In this document: one piece after another, positions 27,941-36,976 of the stretch
Numbering within the stretch: the stretch's first letter is position 1
How the letters are laid out: each line of letters opens with the position of its first letter
Source: a virus
Strand: one strand, 5' to 3'
DNA: 64,000 nucleotides
Virus record (IMG/VR): IMGVR_UViG_3300005573_000052
Made by a program: the position numbers and the translations under genes
The notes under the pieces: model-generated
What the model saw: only the letters and a program-made list of their open reading frames with translations
Database searches by the model: none
What the model was told of the DNA's origin: nothing

Positions 27941-29452
27941 TTAGATGGGCGCTGCCCCGTTGCTAGCCAGACTACCGCCCAACGTAACCGGCGCATGACC
28001 GAGAGTCTCCAGCATATAGCGCAAGTCACCCTTCTCGGTGAAGTGGAACCCCTCGTTTTCGAGGTTGTAGGCGTTGGTGACAAAGCGTCCGTTGGGCAGC
28101 TTGACCGGGCGAAGCGCCTTGGCAAACTCCTTACCCATCGCCTCGCGCGATTTGACGCAGGTCAATTTCATGTTGCCGAACAGCCCCTTCTCCGCCGCGA
28201 TCTCCTCGGGCACCTTGAACCGGAGAATGAAGCCCCAGTCGGACTGCTGGATGATGCGGTCAGACAACCCCATCTGGTCCTCGCTGTCCACGATGTCGCC
28301 CGCCTTCTTGCCCTGATACGAGCCGGTGCGGTTGTTTTGCACGGAGGTCCAGAAGGATGCTGGTATCTCGTTGGTGATGAGGTTCTTAACATCCTCGACG
28401 TAGTAACCGATGGACTGGTATTCGGCGGTGTTTTTGCCCAGTGCCTCGATACCCTTGAGGTAGTCGTCCAAAATGCAGAACGACTGGCCGCGTCCAACCT
28501 TGTTGTAGGCGTAGCGACGAATCAGCTTGATCTTCTCACGGGGAGACAACCCGCCGATGTTGATGTGGTCGATGCGCAACCTGTCGGCACGGGGGTAGCA
28601 CTCCTCCCTCATGATACGCGCCCACTCCTTGTTCTGAACCCATTCGCCGCTCTTGATGGCCCAAAGAGGGATGCGTCCCTTAGAGAGACAACAGGCGGCG
28701 CGATCCCGGATGCGTTCGCGGGTCATTTCGCCGCAGTCAAGCAGGAGCACCGGCATACCATAGGTTTCAGCCAGATGGACGTGATAGGAGAAACCGAGAG
28801 AGGATTTCGCATTTCCGGTGCGCGCCCCGACACATACGAACAAAGATTCAGCCGTGAGGGCTCCCAGAGTGCGGTTGATGGTTGGAAACGGCCCCATCCA
28901 GCCCATCGTCGCCGCATCAATTGGATTGGCGGCGCGGCGCTCGTTCTCCTCCCGGAACCCGTCAAACACGTTGATGAACTGGTCCGATTGATGATATTCG
29001 GTGGTGATGGAGGTGAGGTTGCGCTCCACAATAGCCGTCATGTCCTCAAAGGTCGCGTTGCCGTCCTGCAACAGTGCCTTCTTGGCCTCGTCCATCTTGG
29101 CAATCAGTTCACGGCGCACAGCCAGCCGCTTCAGCTCTCGGGCATAGGCCGGGGCCTCCTTCTTTTCCGCGAAACGGCAACGCAAGCCACTGAGATAGTC
29201 AAAAATTTCCACGCCGCCAACCAACTGGGTAATCCCAATCGCCTTCATGCGCTCAGTCAACAACATGGGGTCGAGTGAGCCGGGCGGCGTGGCGTTGAGC
29301 TGCAACGCGATGATATCGAACACCGGGCGGTTGGCCTCGCTGAAATCGTCCCGGCCTATCAGATGGAAATCGGCCCAGACGGTCGGGTCTTTGAGGAGAA
29401 TGGCTAGGGCACTGGACTCGACTTCGACGTTGTAGAGGGCGGTGGTGGCCAT
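27941..29452 (-). CDS. dnaB: DnaB-like replicative helicase
   Basis: VESSALAILL N-domain, GARTGNAKS (Walker A variant), CGEMT, ILDDYL, VQNNR, SDRIIQQSD; TAATG overlap with the methylase stop. Confidence 0.85.
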   Translation of the reverse strand: MATTALYNVEVESSALAILLKDPTVWADFHLIGRDDFSEANRPVFDIIALQLNATPPGSLDPMLLTERMKAIGITQLVGGVEIFDYLSGLRCRFAEKKEAPAYARELKRLAVRRELIAKMDEAKKALLQDGNATFEDMTAIVERNLTSITTEYHQSDQFINVFDGFREENERRAANPIDAATMGWMGPFPTINRTLGALTAESLFVCVGARTGNAKSSLGFSYHVHLAETYGMPVLLLDCGEMTRERIRDRAACCLSKGRIPLWAIKSGEWVQNKEWARIMREECYPRADRLRIDHINIGGLSPREKIKLIRRYAYNKVGRGQSFCILDDYLKGIEALGKNTAEYQSIGYYVEDVKNLITNEIPASFWTSVQNNRTGSYQGKKAGDIVDSEDQMGLSDRIIQQSDWGFILRFKVPEEIAAEKGLFGNMKLTCVKSREAMGKEFAKALRPVKLPNGRFVTNAYNLENEGFHFTEKGDLRYMLETLGHAPVTLGGSLASNGAAPI

Positions 29453-29922
29453 TAGAGGTAAAACGAGGAGAACTTGGTAGAGGCGGCTTTGTGAAACACG
29501 ACTAACACCAATGGTTGAGGCAACCCATGCGCGCTGTCGCCGAACTTGGGACGCCCGCAGATGAACCTGACCTCTGCCGCCGTCATACAATATCGGTGGA
29601 ACCAGCGCGTATTGGTGCGGGCCGGGACAAGCATCACGACCGTCAGCGACTCGTCTGACTGGGACAACTCCCAAGCGCGTTTGATCCAGTCAACCATTTT
29701 GGACTGCCGGTCCCCATAGGGAGGGTTACACCAACAAGTGCCGGTCCACGGTTGGGCGAGCCCATCATCGGCAGAGGTGTAATAGCGCACACACAGGGCG
29801 TTATCGGGGCTTGCGGCTAGATCGGTGGTAAAATGGAACTCAGCATCCAGCTTGGCAAACAGAGACTTGGGTGTGGTCCAGTCCTGTCGGACTGACTGGA
29901 ACTTGTTCTGGAAGGTGGCCAT
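29452..29922 (-). CDS. phage DNA N6-adenine methyltransferase (Dam-like family)
   Basis: DWTTP, DLAAS..NA, CWCNPPYG, VMLVPARTNTRWFH, RFICGRPKF. Confidence 0.88.
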   Translation of the reverse strand: MATFQNKFQSVRQDWTTPKSLFAKLDAEFHFTTDLAASPDNALCVRYYTSADDGLAQPWTGTCWCNPPYGDRQSKMVDWIKRAWELSQSDESLTVVMLVPARTNTRWFHRYCMTAAEVRFICGRPKFGDSAHGLPQPLVLVVFHKAASTKFSSFYL

Positions 29923-29967
29923 GAAGGGGGTTGGGTAGGTAGAAGGAGACAGCAAAGCGGTCTGCCC

Positions 29968-29997
29968 AGTATAGCCCGGTTGGGGCGGGGGTGTCAA
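29968..29997 (-). promoter_or_regulatory. sigma70-like promoter
   Basis: TTGACA-cccccgccccAACCGGGC-TATACT. Confidence 0.75.
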
Positions 29998-30022
29998 GAC
30001 GAGAATGGGCGGATCAGAGCCT

Positions 30023-30997
30023 CTACTCCCATGTAGCTCGAAGAGTTTCAAGAATCCTAGCCTGAACTCCGTCCGGGTCTTTTTTGATGTCGTTCTCCCA
30101 CAGAAATAGCAAACGGAATCCGTGCTTAGCTGCCAACTTCGCCTTCGTCAAATCCCGCGCACGGGAAGAGCGCTGGGTCTTGTCAAGGTCGGAGTCCTTG
30201 TAAAACAGAGGATTTCCGTGCCAATAGTCGCCATTAGTCTCAATGAGCAGTCCATAATCAGGAAGCCCAATATCAAAAAACTTGATTTCAAGCGGAAACT
30301 GCTTTCGGTAGCCAACCGCCAATTCATCTAACATAGCCGCGACCGCCCTCTCGATAGAGGTGTTCCCAACCGTCATATCACGGGTTTTCCATTTCCACTC
30401 ACGGAATTTATTGGATAGACACGAAATACTGATACCATATTCGTCGGCAATCTCCTGAAGACTAAATGTCCTTTTGTAGTATAGTTCGTGAATCCGATCC
30501 TTCTCTCGATAGACTTTTTTTACTGGCTCGTCAGCAATAGAAGCGACTCCGTGTTTTCTGAATAAGGTCCGAAGAGTAACATCGGTGACTCCGTAAAATT
30601 TGGCCGTTTCGTTAATATCCCCTAGCTCTGCATATTTTTTGACAACGTCCTCTTCCTGTATCCCAAAGCGATGGATAAAATATCTGCGTTTTGAACCATT
30701 AAGAGGAACACCCCAGTTCTTCATCTTGCGAGATACTGTCCATGGCGTTATGCCGAAACGTTCAGCGATTTCATCCAGCGGAACATGCCCCTCATACATC
30801 CTCATCATTTCAGCCTTGTCCTCTTCGGACATCTTGTTCCTGTCAGGATCAAACCTGCCCGCTTTCTTAAGCTGGTATTTAATGGTCGTTCCACTAACCC
30901 CAAACAGCTTTCCTATGTCGCTAAGGGTCTCACCCTTACCGCTGAGTTCGATAATTTTATCTATCTCCTCTTTCGTGAATCCTCTTGACGGTGCCAT
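30023..30997 (-). CDS. putative homing endonuclease: tandem HTH repeats + DUF559/Vsr-like nuclease (AT-rich)
   Basis: Four HTH-like repeats, then TSIE...FDI...LIETNGDYWHG...RD..K...LWE.DI. Confidence 0.82.
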   Translation of the reverse strand: MAPSRGFTKEEIDKIIELSGKGETLSDIGKLFGVSGTTIKYQLKKAGRFDPDRNKMSEEDKAEMMRMYEGHVPLDEIAERFGITPWTVSRKMKNWGVPLNGSKRRYFIHRFGIQEEDVVKKYAELGDINETAKFYGVTDVTLRTLFRKHGVASIADEPVKKVYREKDRIHELYYKRTFSLQEIADEYGISISCLSNKFREWKWKTRDMTVGNTSIERAVAAMLDELAVGYRKQFPLEIKFFDIGLPDYGLLIETNGDYWHGNPLFYKDSDLDKTQRSSRARDLTKAKLAAKHGFRLLFLWENDIKKDPDGVQARILETLRATWE

Positions 30998-30999
30998 TC

Positions 31000-32280
31000 T
31001 CAGTTCTCCGGCTCAGACTGAAAGATGGTCTCCAGTCCGTTCTCCCCGTAAAGGAACGCCATCGCGCACCGGACAGCTCCGACATACCCGTTAGACTGGT
31101 GATAATTGTCACTCCCAGACAAAGACGGGAGAATCCACACTTGCACTCCAACATACTCCTTTAAACTGAGATGGTGAAAATGACCAAGAAACCACACCCG
31201 GCGCTTGCATTTAGCCCAAAGGTCGGCACGCTCGTTGGCTCCAAGCAGGGGAAGTTGATCTTGCTTGATAGTGTCACCATGGGTCAGACCGAAAACAGTG
31301 TTACCAAAGCTGTAGTATTTGCGAGGCTTAAACTGGTTGTCGATGGTCACATTGGTGTCAGCGTGATACCAGCACTCCAAGGCGTCACCTAAATGAAACA
31401 TGCTTTCCCGTTCATGGTTGCCGCAGATAACAATTACGTCCACCGGAGCAATCTGCCGGAGATAGTCAATGGCCTCGACCAGTAGTTTTCTTGCCTCACG
31501 GAAAATCTTGGGGAAACGCCCATCAACTGATTGCGGCGTCCCGGCGCTGGTCTCGTGGTCGTCTCCGTCGCAAGTAAGGTAATCGTTACCTACCGGGAAA
31601 AGTATTCGTGAGATATTGCCTTGAACCTTGGCCTTTGCCACCAAGTCATACAACGCCCGCATAAACATGGTTTTGGCAATCTTGAGGTCGTAATTCTCTC
31701 CGTCCTGCTCGGCCCATGATAGCTTACCCAAATGGGCGTCGAAAATGCTAACAACCAACAGTTTACCCTCGGACGGAGAAGGGGTGTATTTCACCGGTTT
31801 GTATTCCGGGGCGAAGGCTTGCAAATCCGCTTTCAGGTCCGCCGCGAGAACAGTATCAATCGCAATTTCCCGCTTGGCGAATCGAGCATTCCATGAGAAT
31901 CCCTTCGCCCCGCGTCTGATGGAAAATCCCCGACTCTCCCATTGATTGGTGTCAACGGAGCACAGAGAAATGACCTCCTCAATCGTCGCGGCCTTGGATG
32001 TCTCGACTGAAACGTCAAATACATCGCCTGCTGACGGAGGGGACGAAAGGGGGGTAGACCCATCCTTGGACTCGACGGTCCCATCCAGCAACCTCGCATA
32101 AATCTCGCGCGCGCGCCGGGGCGATTTGCCCAGCACCTTGCCCACAACTTTGACCCCCTCCACTCTCGGCAACCCATTTACCAGCGTCTTGAGCGCGGCG
32201 ATGAGTTCGGCGGAGTAGATGATGTTACCGCGAGAATCGGTGGAAATGGCAAGAGCTACAGGGGAGGTGAGGTCAGGCAT
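31000..32280 (-). CDS. calcineurin-like metallophosphoesterase with N-terminal extension
   Basis: DAHLGK, GND, GNHE, THGD, GHFHH. Confidence 0.82.
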   Translation of the reverse strand: MPDLTSPVALAISTDSRGNIIYSAELIAALKTLVNGLPRVEGVKVVGKVLGKSPRRAREIYARLLDGTVESKDGSTPLSSPPSAGDVFDVSVETSKAATIEEVISLCSVDTNQWESRGFSIRRGAKGFSWNARFAKREIAIDTVLAADLKADLQAFAPEYKPVKYTPSPSEGKLLVVSIFDAHLGKLSWAEQDGENYDLKIAKTMFMRALYDLVAKAKVQGNISRILFPVGNDYLTCDGDDHETSAGTPQSVDGRFPKIFREARKLLVEAIDYLRQIAPVDVIVICGNHERESMFHLGDALECWYHADTNVTIDNQFKPRKYYSFGNTVFGLTHGDTIKQDQLPLLGANERADLWAKCKRRVWFLGHFHHLSLKEYVGVQVWILPSLSGSDNYHQSNGYVGAVRCAMAFLYGENGLETIFQSEPEN

Positions 32281-32394
32281 GGATGTGAAGGTGGGGGTAT
32301 AACCGGGCGTAATGAGATGGTAAGAAATAAAGTGGTCGCCGCGAGGCCGCTGCCCGGCGGCTGCGGGATAGATACACGCGGGGAGAGGAGGTTT

Positions 32395-32853
32395 TTAGGC
32401 GTCGGGCAGCGCGTCGTCCAGATACTGGCCGGGGCCAAGAACCAGATGGTGAGTCGCCCGCGTCTCGTTCTCCATCTCGCCCAACCAGTTGTCCCAGTTA
32501 GAGGCCAGTAGGATGACGAAAGACTCGGGGCTGCCGCGCTGGCGATACCGTTCCAGATATTCTGCTAGACACTGGCGTGCCGGGTAGCACACCGAAAACG
32601 ACAGGTTGGCTTGAACTAGCGCGTTGCGGACGACAGAGTGAGACGAGGCCAGCACGGGACCTTCGAGGCAAGCAATGTGAAAGATGTAGTTCGCGGGGAA
32701 CTCGGGGTTGGGCACCCTCGGAATCTCGCCGTGGGAAACCCAAGAGAACTGGGACGAGTCGGAGTCATGCCAGCCGCGCTTCTTGGCGGCGTAGCTCTTG
32801 CCGATACCGGGGAAACCGCAGATGATCACTGGGTTATTGGGAGGGTTGGACAT
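32395..32853 (-). CDS. P-loop nucleotide kinase-like protein
   Basis: IICGFPGIGKS, DSDSSQF, EFPANY, ERYRQRG. Confidence 0.7.
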   Translation of the reverse strand: MSNPPNNPVIICGFPGIGKSYAAKKRGWHDSDSSQFSWVSHGEIPRVPNPEFPANYIFHIACLEGPVLASSHSVVRNALVQANLSFSVCYPARQCLAEYLERYRQRGSPESFVILLASNWDNWLGEMENETRATHHLVLGPGQYLDDALPDA

Positions 32854-33638
32854 GGGAGAGTGGCGTATGCGTTTTCGATGCGTTTCTTGGCGATGGCAAA
32901 GTATCCCTCGTCGCGCTCGATTCCGATGAAGCGGCGTCCAGCGTTCACGCACGCCACGCCGGTTGTGCCGCTGCCCATCGTGTTGTCGAGGACCAGTTGT
33001 CCCTCGTTTGTATAGGTGCGGACGAGGTATTCCATCAGCGCAACGGGCTTTTGGGTGGGATGGTAATGGGGATCAGACGGAGCAATCCCATCAAACCGAA
33101 CAATGCTGCGCGGGTATTTGAGACCGCTCTGGTCCGTCGCCACCGTGTCACTCTCTCCGTGGTAAATATCTGACTTAGGGCGATACTTGCGCTGTCCGGG
33201 TTTGACCCCCGTCGAATTATTGGGCTTGCCCTGAGTGCGAACAGGATTATATGTCGGTTGGGACCCGTAAAACACAACCACATCTTCATGGAACTTGAGT
33301 GGACGCTTCTTGGCATCAAGAAAGCCCGTGCCCCGGTTCTTCTCCCATATCCAACAATAGCGGAACCAACTTGGGTTACTCATCACCAGCGCGCTCGTAA
33401 AAGGCTGACTCGCCGTCAGAACGATAGCTGCGCTTGGCTTGCACACACGCCAATACGCCTCCCACAACGGCACAAAGGGTATCACCGCGTCCCATTTACA
33501 GGCAGTGGTTCCATACGGCAAATCGCACATCACCATATCCACGGAGCCGTCCGGTATCTCGGTCATGCGCTCTAGGCAGTCGCCCAAGAGAAGGGTCCAA
33601 GACACAAGGGTAGAATTGACAGGGGGTGAATCGCTCAT
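32826..33638 (-). CDS. DNA methyltransferase, N4/N6 beta class
   Basis: GDCLE, DLPYG, WIWEK, HPTQKPVALMEYL, LDNTMGSGTTG, FIGIE. Confidence 0.93.
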   Translation of the reverse strand: MSDSPPVNSTLVSWTLLLGDCLERMTEIPDGSVDMVMCDLPYGTTACKWDAVIPFVPLWEAYWRVCKPSAAIVLTASQPFTSALVMSNPSWFRYCWIWEKNRGTGFLDAKKRPLKFHEDVVVFYGSQPTYNPVRTQGKPNNSTGVKPGQRKYRPKSDIYHGESDTVATDQSGLKYPRSIVRFDGIAPSDPHYHPTQKPVALMEYLVRTYTNEGQLVLDNTMGSGTTGVACVNAGRRFIGIERDEGYFAIAKKRIENAYATLPCPTLPITQ

Positions 33639-34054
33639 AAAATAATGCCAAACCGCTCCTCGAACAGCTCGGCTGACAGGGGGAAGTCAGTCTCGCACAC
33701 AATCTCGGCATACCGCCAGCCCATGATGCGGACCACCCAGTCCTCCTTCTTGATATCGCGCTTCAGGGCGTTCTGGAAACCGGCGAGCGACTTGTGGAAG
33801 AACGGATTGAAACTGTGGGAGGAGAATGGTGAAACCTCGACAACGATACCTTGGTTAACGTTAACTAGGTCAAGACGGAGGCGAGAACCGGGTATGGGTA
33901 GCTCCTCCAGCACGATATCGCGCTCCCAATAGGGCCGGAGAAACCGCTTGACCTCGCCTTGCGGGCCAGACACCTCCCGCTTCGGGTCCCAGTCGATGAG
34001 GTGGGGCTTGTGCGAGACGGTGCAGTCGCGGCCTTGAAGGTTGCGGAGGCGCAT
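33635..34054 (-). CDS. DUF559/Vsr-like PD-(D/E)XK endonuclease
   Basis: EELPIPGSRLRLDL...VEV...H...RD..K. Confidence 0.6.
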   Translation of the reverse strand: MRLRNLQGRDCTVSHKPHLIDWDPKREVSGPQGEVKRFLRPYWERDIVLEELPIPGSRLRLDLVNVNQGIVVEVSPFSSHSFNPFFHKSLAGFQNALKRDIKKEDWVVRIMGWRYAEIVCETDFPLSAELFEERFGIIL

Positions 34055-34061
34055 GGGCGAC

Positions 34062-34268
34062 TTAGAACAATTCGCGCGAATCCGGCGCGGCGCGCGATAG
34101 GACGGGACGGGGAGTAACCGGCGGGGTATACCATGCGGCCAATGCCCGGAGAGCGCGGGGCAATGGGCTAACGGTTAGCTCGTCATCCAACTCGTAACGG
34201 CGCGCGGCGCGGGCGCATTCGGATGGTTCTTCGTCACCAGAGGTAGAATGGGGGTTGCAATCGGTCAT
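34062..34268 (-). CDS. hypothetical protein
   Basis: ATG 2 nt after the upstream stop. Confidence 0.4.
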   Translation of the reverse strand: MTDCNPHSTSGDEEPSECARAARRYELDDELTVSPLPRALRALAAWYTPPVTPRPVLSRAAPDSRELF

Positions 34269-34270
34269 GG

Positions 34271-34537
34271 TCAACCTCCGCCAATATGATTGGTCGCGTG
34301 CCCGTCTGGGTGGCGCGAAACGGACGCAACCCATTCGGACCCGTCATAGCAGGCCGGGAAGTATACCCAATTGGCAGTCCAGACCATGAACGGGCCTCCC
34401 TTGGCTCCCCCCCATCCGTCGTCAAATGTGCGGTCAAGTTGCTCGTCGGTCAGGGTGGAGGAGACAATGTCGCCCCAGACCTCCCCATGGGTGGTCAGCG
34501 CCTCGATCAGCACGGAACGCCAAGTGATGGTGCTCAT
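34271..34537 (-). CDS. conserved phage hypothetical protein
   Basis: LDRTFDDGWGGAKGGPFMVWTANWVYFPACYDGSEWVASVSRHP is a motif I recognise from phage hypotheticals. Confidence 0.75.
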   Translation of the reverse strand: MSTITWRSVLIEALTTHGEVWGDIVSSTLTDEQLDRTFDDGWGGAKGGPFMVWTANWVYFPACYDGSEWVASVSRHPDGHATNHIGGG

Positions 34538-34550
34538 GGAATGGTTGTGC

Positions 34551-35714
34551 TCACTTGCCCCCGACCATATCGCGGAACTTGGCGAAGAGGTAGTCGGCCA
34601 CGTCCTTGCGGGATTCCAGCAGGGCATAAAGCTGGTTCATGCCTTGGACCTTCTCGGGGATGTCGGAGAAGCCTTTGTCGGATAGCTCCTTGAGGAGGAC
34701 CGGGCTGAGCGTGAACCAACTGCCGCCCTTGGTAATCAAGCCCCAGAGAAGGAGCTGGTCGGCGATTTCTCGCTCACGCCAGATGGCAGACCCGTTAGCC
34801 ACCCCATACTTGATGGGGATTTCCACTGTGACATACCGCTTCTCAGCGCTGCTCTTCTGCAACTTGACCTTGAGGATATGCCCGAGCGCAGGATTGGTCA
34901 AGCGGTTGAGTCGCTCATCAGGGTTCTTAAGAATCAGGTCGCCCTCATACCAGTTGAGGAACTCGGCGGTCTCGTTTGCATTGTGGCTGATAGAATTCCC
35001 GCCTGAGCTGTTACCTTGACGCGGCGGGGTCTTATCATACATATTGAGCTTGATTTCTGCCGTAACCTGAGAGATAAAAAATGCGATATGGCCCATCTCG
35101 TTGAGAGCCTGACCCATGCGCTGGAACATCTGAGCGGTCAACTTGGGTGCGCCAGCCACCCGTGCCTCCTCGTCGGTAGCCTTGTTGCGGTCATTCCGCA
35201 GAATCATATTGTTGAGCGAGTCAGTCACAAAAGCATAGCGACACTTGGTGGGGTTGTTCATGACGAGGTCACGCATCATGTCGATCCACGTCTCATAGAC
35301 ACTGTTTTTGAAGATGAGGATGGTGCCGGGAACCCAGTCCTTGGCGTCCGTAACGAGAGGGTGGCGGGCGCGGGCCATGTTCTTGGTGCTGAATCGCCCC
35401 TCTGCCTTGCACCATACCGCCCGACTACCGGGCACCTCGTCAAGGAACGTGTCCACCACATTGAGGACAAACGGGGTCTTACCCAGATTCGGTCCGCCAA
35501 GAATTCGATGTGCTCCTTCAGAAAATCCGCCGATTTCCATGTCAAGATTGAGTGAGCCCGAGGAAACGCGAAACGGAGGAACGGTCTCAGTTAGGTTGTA
35601 ATGGTCCTCGGCAGTCTTCTTGAGGTAAGCCTCCATCTGTGCGGTCGGGTCAAGGACCTTCTTGTCATCGGTCTTCTCGGGGGCGGGCTTAGCGGTGGAT
35701 TTGGGATTGGCCAT
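34551..35714 (-). CDS. recA: RecA/UvsX-like recombinase
   Basis: SSGSLNLD, GGPNLGKT, AEGR, VTDS, FISQV, GG...SH.A, IKYG, GGSWF. Confidence 0.88.
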   Translation of the reverse strand: MANPKSTAKPAPEKTDDKKVLDPTAQMEAYLKKTAEDHYNLTETVPPFRVSSGSLNLDMEIGGFSEGAHRILGGPNLGKTPFVLNVVDTFLDEVPGSRAVWCKAEGRFSTKNMARARHPLVTDAKDWVPGTILIFKNSVYETWIDMMRDLVMNNPTKCRYAFVTDSLNNMILRNDRNKATDEEARVAGAPKLTAQMFQRMGQALNEMGHIAFFISQVTAEIKLNMYDKTPPRQGNSSGGNSISHNANETAEFLNWYEGDLILKNPDERLNRLTNPALGHILKVKLQKSSAEKRYVTVEIPIKYGVANGSAIWREREIADQLLLWGLITKGGSWFTLSPVLLKELSDKGFSDIPEKVQGMNQLYALLESRKDVADYLFAKFRDMVGGK

Positions 35715-35761
35715 AAAAAGGAAAGGGTGAAAACAGTAGTATGAAGGGGTGGCAAAAAAAA

Positions 35762-36190
35762 TCAGGACCTGAGAAACTCCGCCACGGTGCGCGGGCGCAC
35801 GGGGGGCGGTCCAGCATAACGATAGTCACTTGGGCTGGCCGTGTCAACATCTAAAACCGGGGAAGAGTCGGTTGGAACTGCCCCGGGTTCCGGTTCAGGC
35901 GTGACCGGAAAGTCAAAGTAAAAGAGTAACCAGTCGCTGGCTAGCTGCTCGGCCCCCTCAGGCGTCCGAAACCACAGCATGGAATTGAGGCTTTGCGCCC
36001 CGAAGGGCAACTCGTGGTGCTGCCAAAAGTGCAGTTCCGGGTAGGTCTTCCAGAGCCCGTGCCATGTCGATATCTCACGCGCCCAGTCCGGTCCCTTAAA
36101 CCGCTCGAAAACCTCGGGCTTGATGTAGCGGGCAAGGATGGCCGTGATGATCTTGCGCGGGGGAGCTTTGGGGACAGGGGAGTCACTCAC
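35762..36190 (-). CDS. hypothetical protein
   Basis: GTGA overlap at 36187-36190. Confidence 0.6.
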   Translation of the reverse strand: MSDSPVPKAPPRKIITAILARYIKPEVFERFKGPDWAREISTWHGLWKTYPELHFWQHHELPFGAQSLNSMLWFRTPEGAEQLASDWLLFYFDFPVTPEPEPGAVPTDSSPVLDVDTASPSDYRYAGPPPVRPRTVAEFLRS

Positions 36191-36630
36191 GCCTCGTCCT
36201 CCACGTCCACCCATGTCAATTCACCCGGTTCGCCATCCTTGTCTGCCACGATTCGCACGCGTTTGATGGTGGCCCTGTATCCCGCCACCGGGAACCGCTT
36301 ACCCGCCAAAGCCTCCCGGAAACGACGGCGGAGCTGAGTGAGATTCCATCCGCGCCACTCGATTTGGTGCTGCTCGCTGTTGCGCTCAAGTCGGCCATCC
36401 ACCACCGCGTCGATGCAGGCGCTCTCGATAAGCGACGAGGGGTCAGAGTCGCTGTTCTCACGGATAACCGGTTCGAGCATTAGGCACGGACGCCCGAACT
36501 CGTAGCCCTCGTTTTGCCATGTGAGCACGTCGAAGGTCAGTTCATCGCCTTCCCGGATTCCTAACCAATCGCCAGAGCGCAACGTCTCTGCCGGTCCGTC
36601 CTCGGTCGTTTGTTTTTCTGTGCTGCTCAT
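36187..36630 (-). CDS. protein Y, copy 2 (start codon inside attC-B)
   Basis: Highly similar paralog of 36952-37353; first 22 codons lie inside the attC-like site. Confidence 0.8.
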   Translation of the reverse strand: MSSTEKQTTEDGPAETLRSGDWLGIREGDELTFDVLTWQNEGYEFGRPCLMLEPVIRENSDSDPSSLIESACIDAVVDGRLERNSEQHQIEWRGWNLTQLRRRFREALAGKRFPVAGYRATIKRVRIVADKDGEPGELTWVDVEDEA

Positions 36631-36678
36631 AGTGGTTTGGTTTTCGCGGCAGAGCCGTGGCTCATCTCAGTGTTCGGC
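36559..36678 (-). other. attC-like site B (120 bp)
   Basis: R'' GCCGAAC, L'' AGATGAGC, arms CTCTGCCG/CGGCAGAG, L' GCTCTGG, 6-nt spacer, R' GTTAGGA. Confidence 0.8.
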
Positions 36679-36869
36679 AGAGGCGGAATGGCCCCCGCTT
36701 TTTCAAGGGCGTTTATCACCCGTGGCAAAATGCGAAATGCGTCCGCGTCTGCCTTCGGTCCGTTGTAAAACTCGAAATGCAGCGTCAGCAGTAGCTCGCG
36801 TGTATTCTCCGGTAGGTCCGTCCGTTCGGTTGGATAAAAGTTGGACGTGCGATCAAAGACGGAGCCGAA
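36565..36869 (-). mobile_element. integron-type gene cassette X (305 bp)
   Basis: Begins TTCGGC and its own R'' is GCCGAAC, the exact complement expected for a cassette. Confidence 0.78.
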
Positions 36870-36962
36870 CCCACCGCCAGAGCCAATGACCACAGACTGT
36901 CCGTGGTCGGACGATTGTCCGGCTGTCAGAGCCGCCGGTGTGCTGCTGTGGTCATTGCTCAT
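36627..36962 (-). CDS. cassette protein X (start in attC-A, stop in attC-B)
   Basis: ATG within L'' of attC-A; ends LPNTEMSHGSAAKTKPL inside attC-B. Confidence 0.65.
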   Translation of the reverse strand: MSNDHSSTPAALTAGQSSDHGQSVVIGSGGGFGSVFDRTSNFYPTERTDLPENTRELLLTLHFEFYNGPKADADAFRILPRVINALEKAGAIPPLPNTEMSHGSAAKTKPL

Positions 36963-36976
36963 CGGAATTGTTAGGA
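36864..36976 (-). other. attC-like site A (113 bp)
   Basis: R'' TCCTAAC, spacer AATTC, L'' CGATGAGC, perfect 11-bp arms AATGACCACAG/CTGTGGTCATT, L' GCTCTGG, 6-nt spacer, R' GTTCGGC. Confidence 0.85.

Noticed and set aside
27818-29278. Long plus-strand ORFs (also 16431-17609, 50048-50995, 56476-57192 and similar)
   Set aside because: Antisense shadows of well-supported minus-strand genes in GC-rich DNA; no motifs.
32256-32438. 60-aa ORF
   Set aside because: Overlaps both neighbours; no coding signal; region looks like a short intergenic hairpin.
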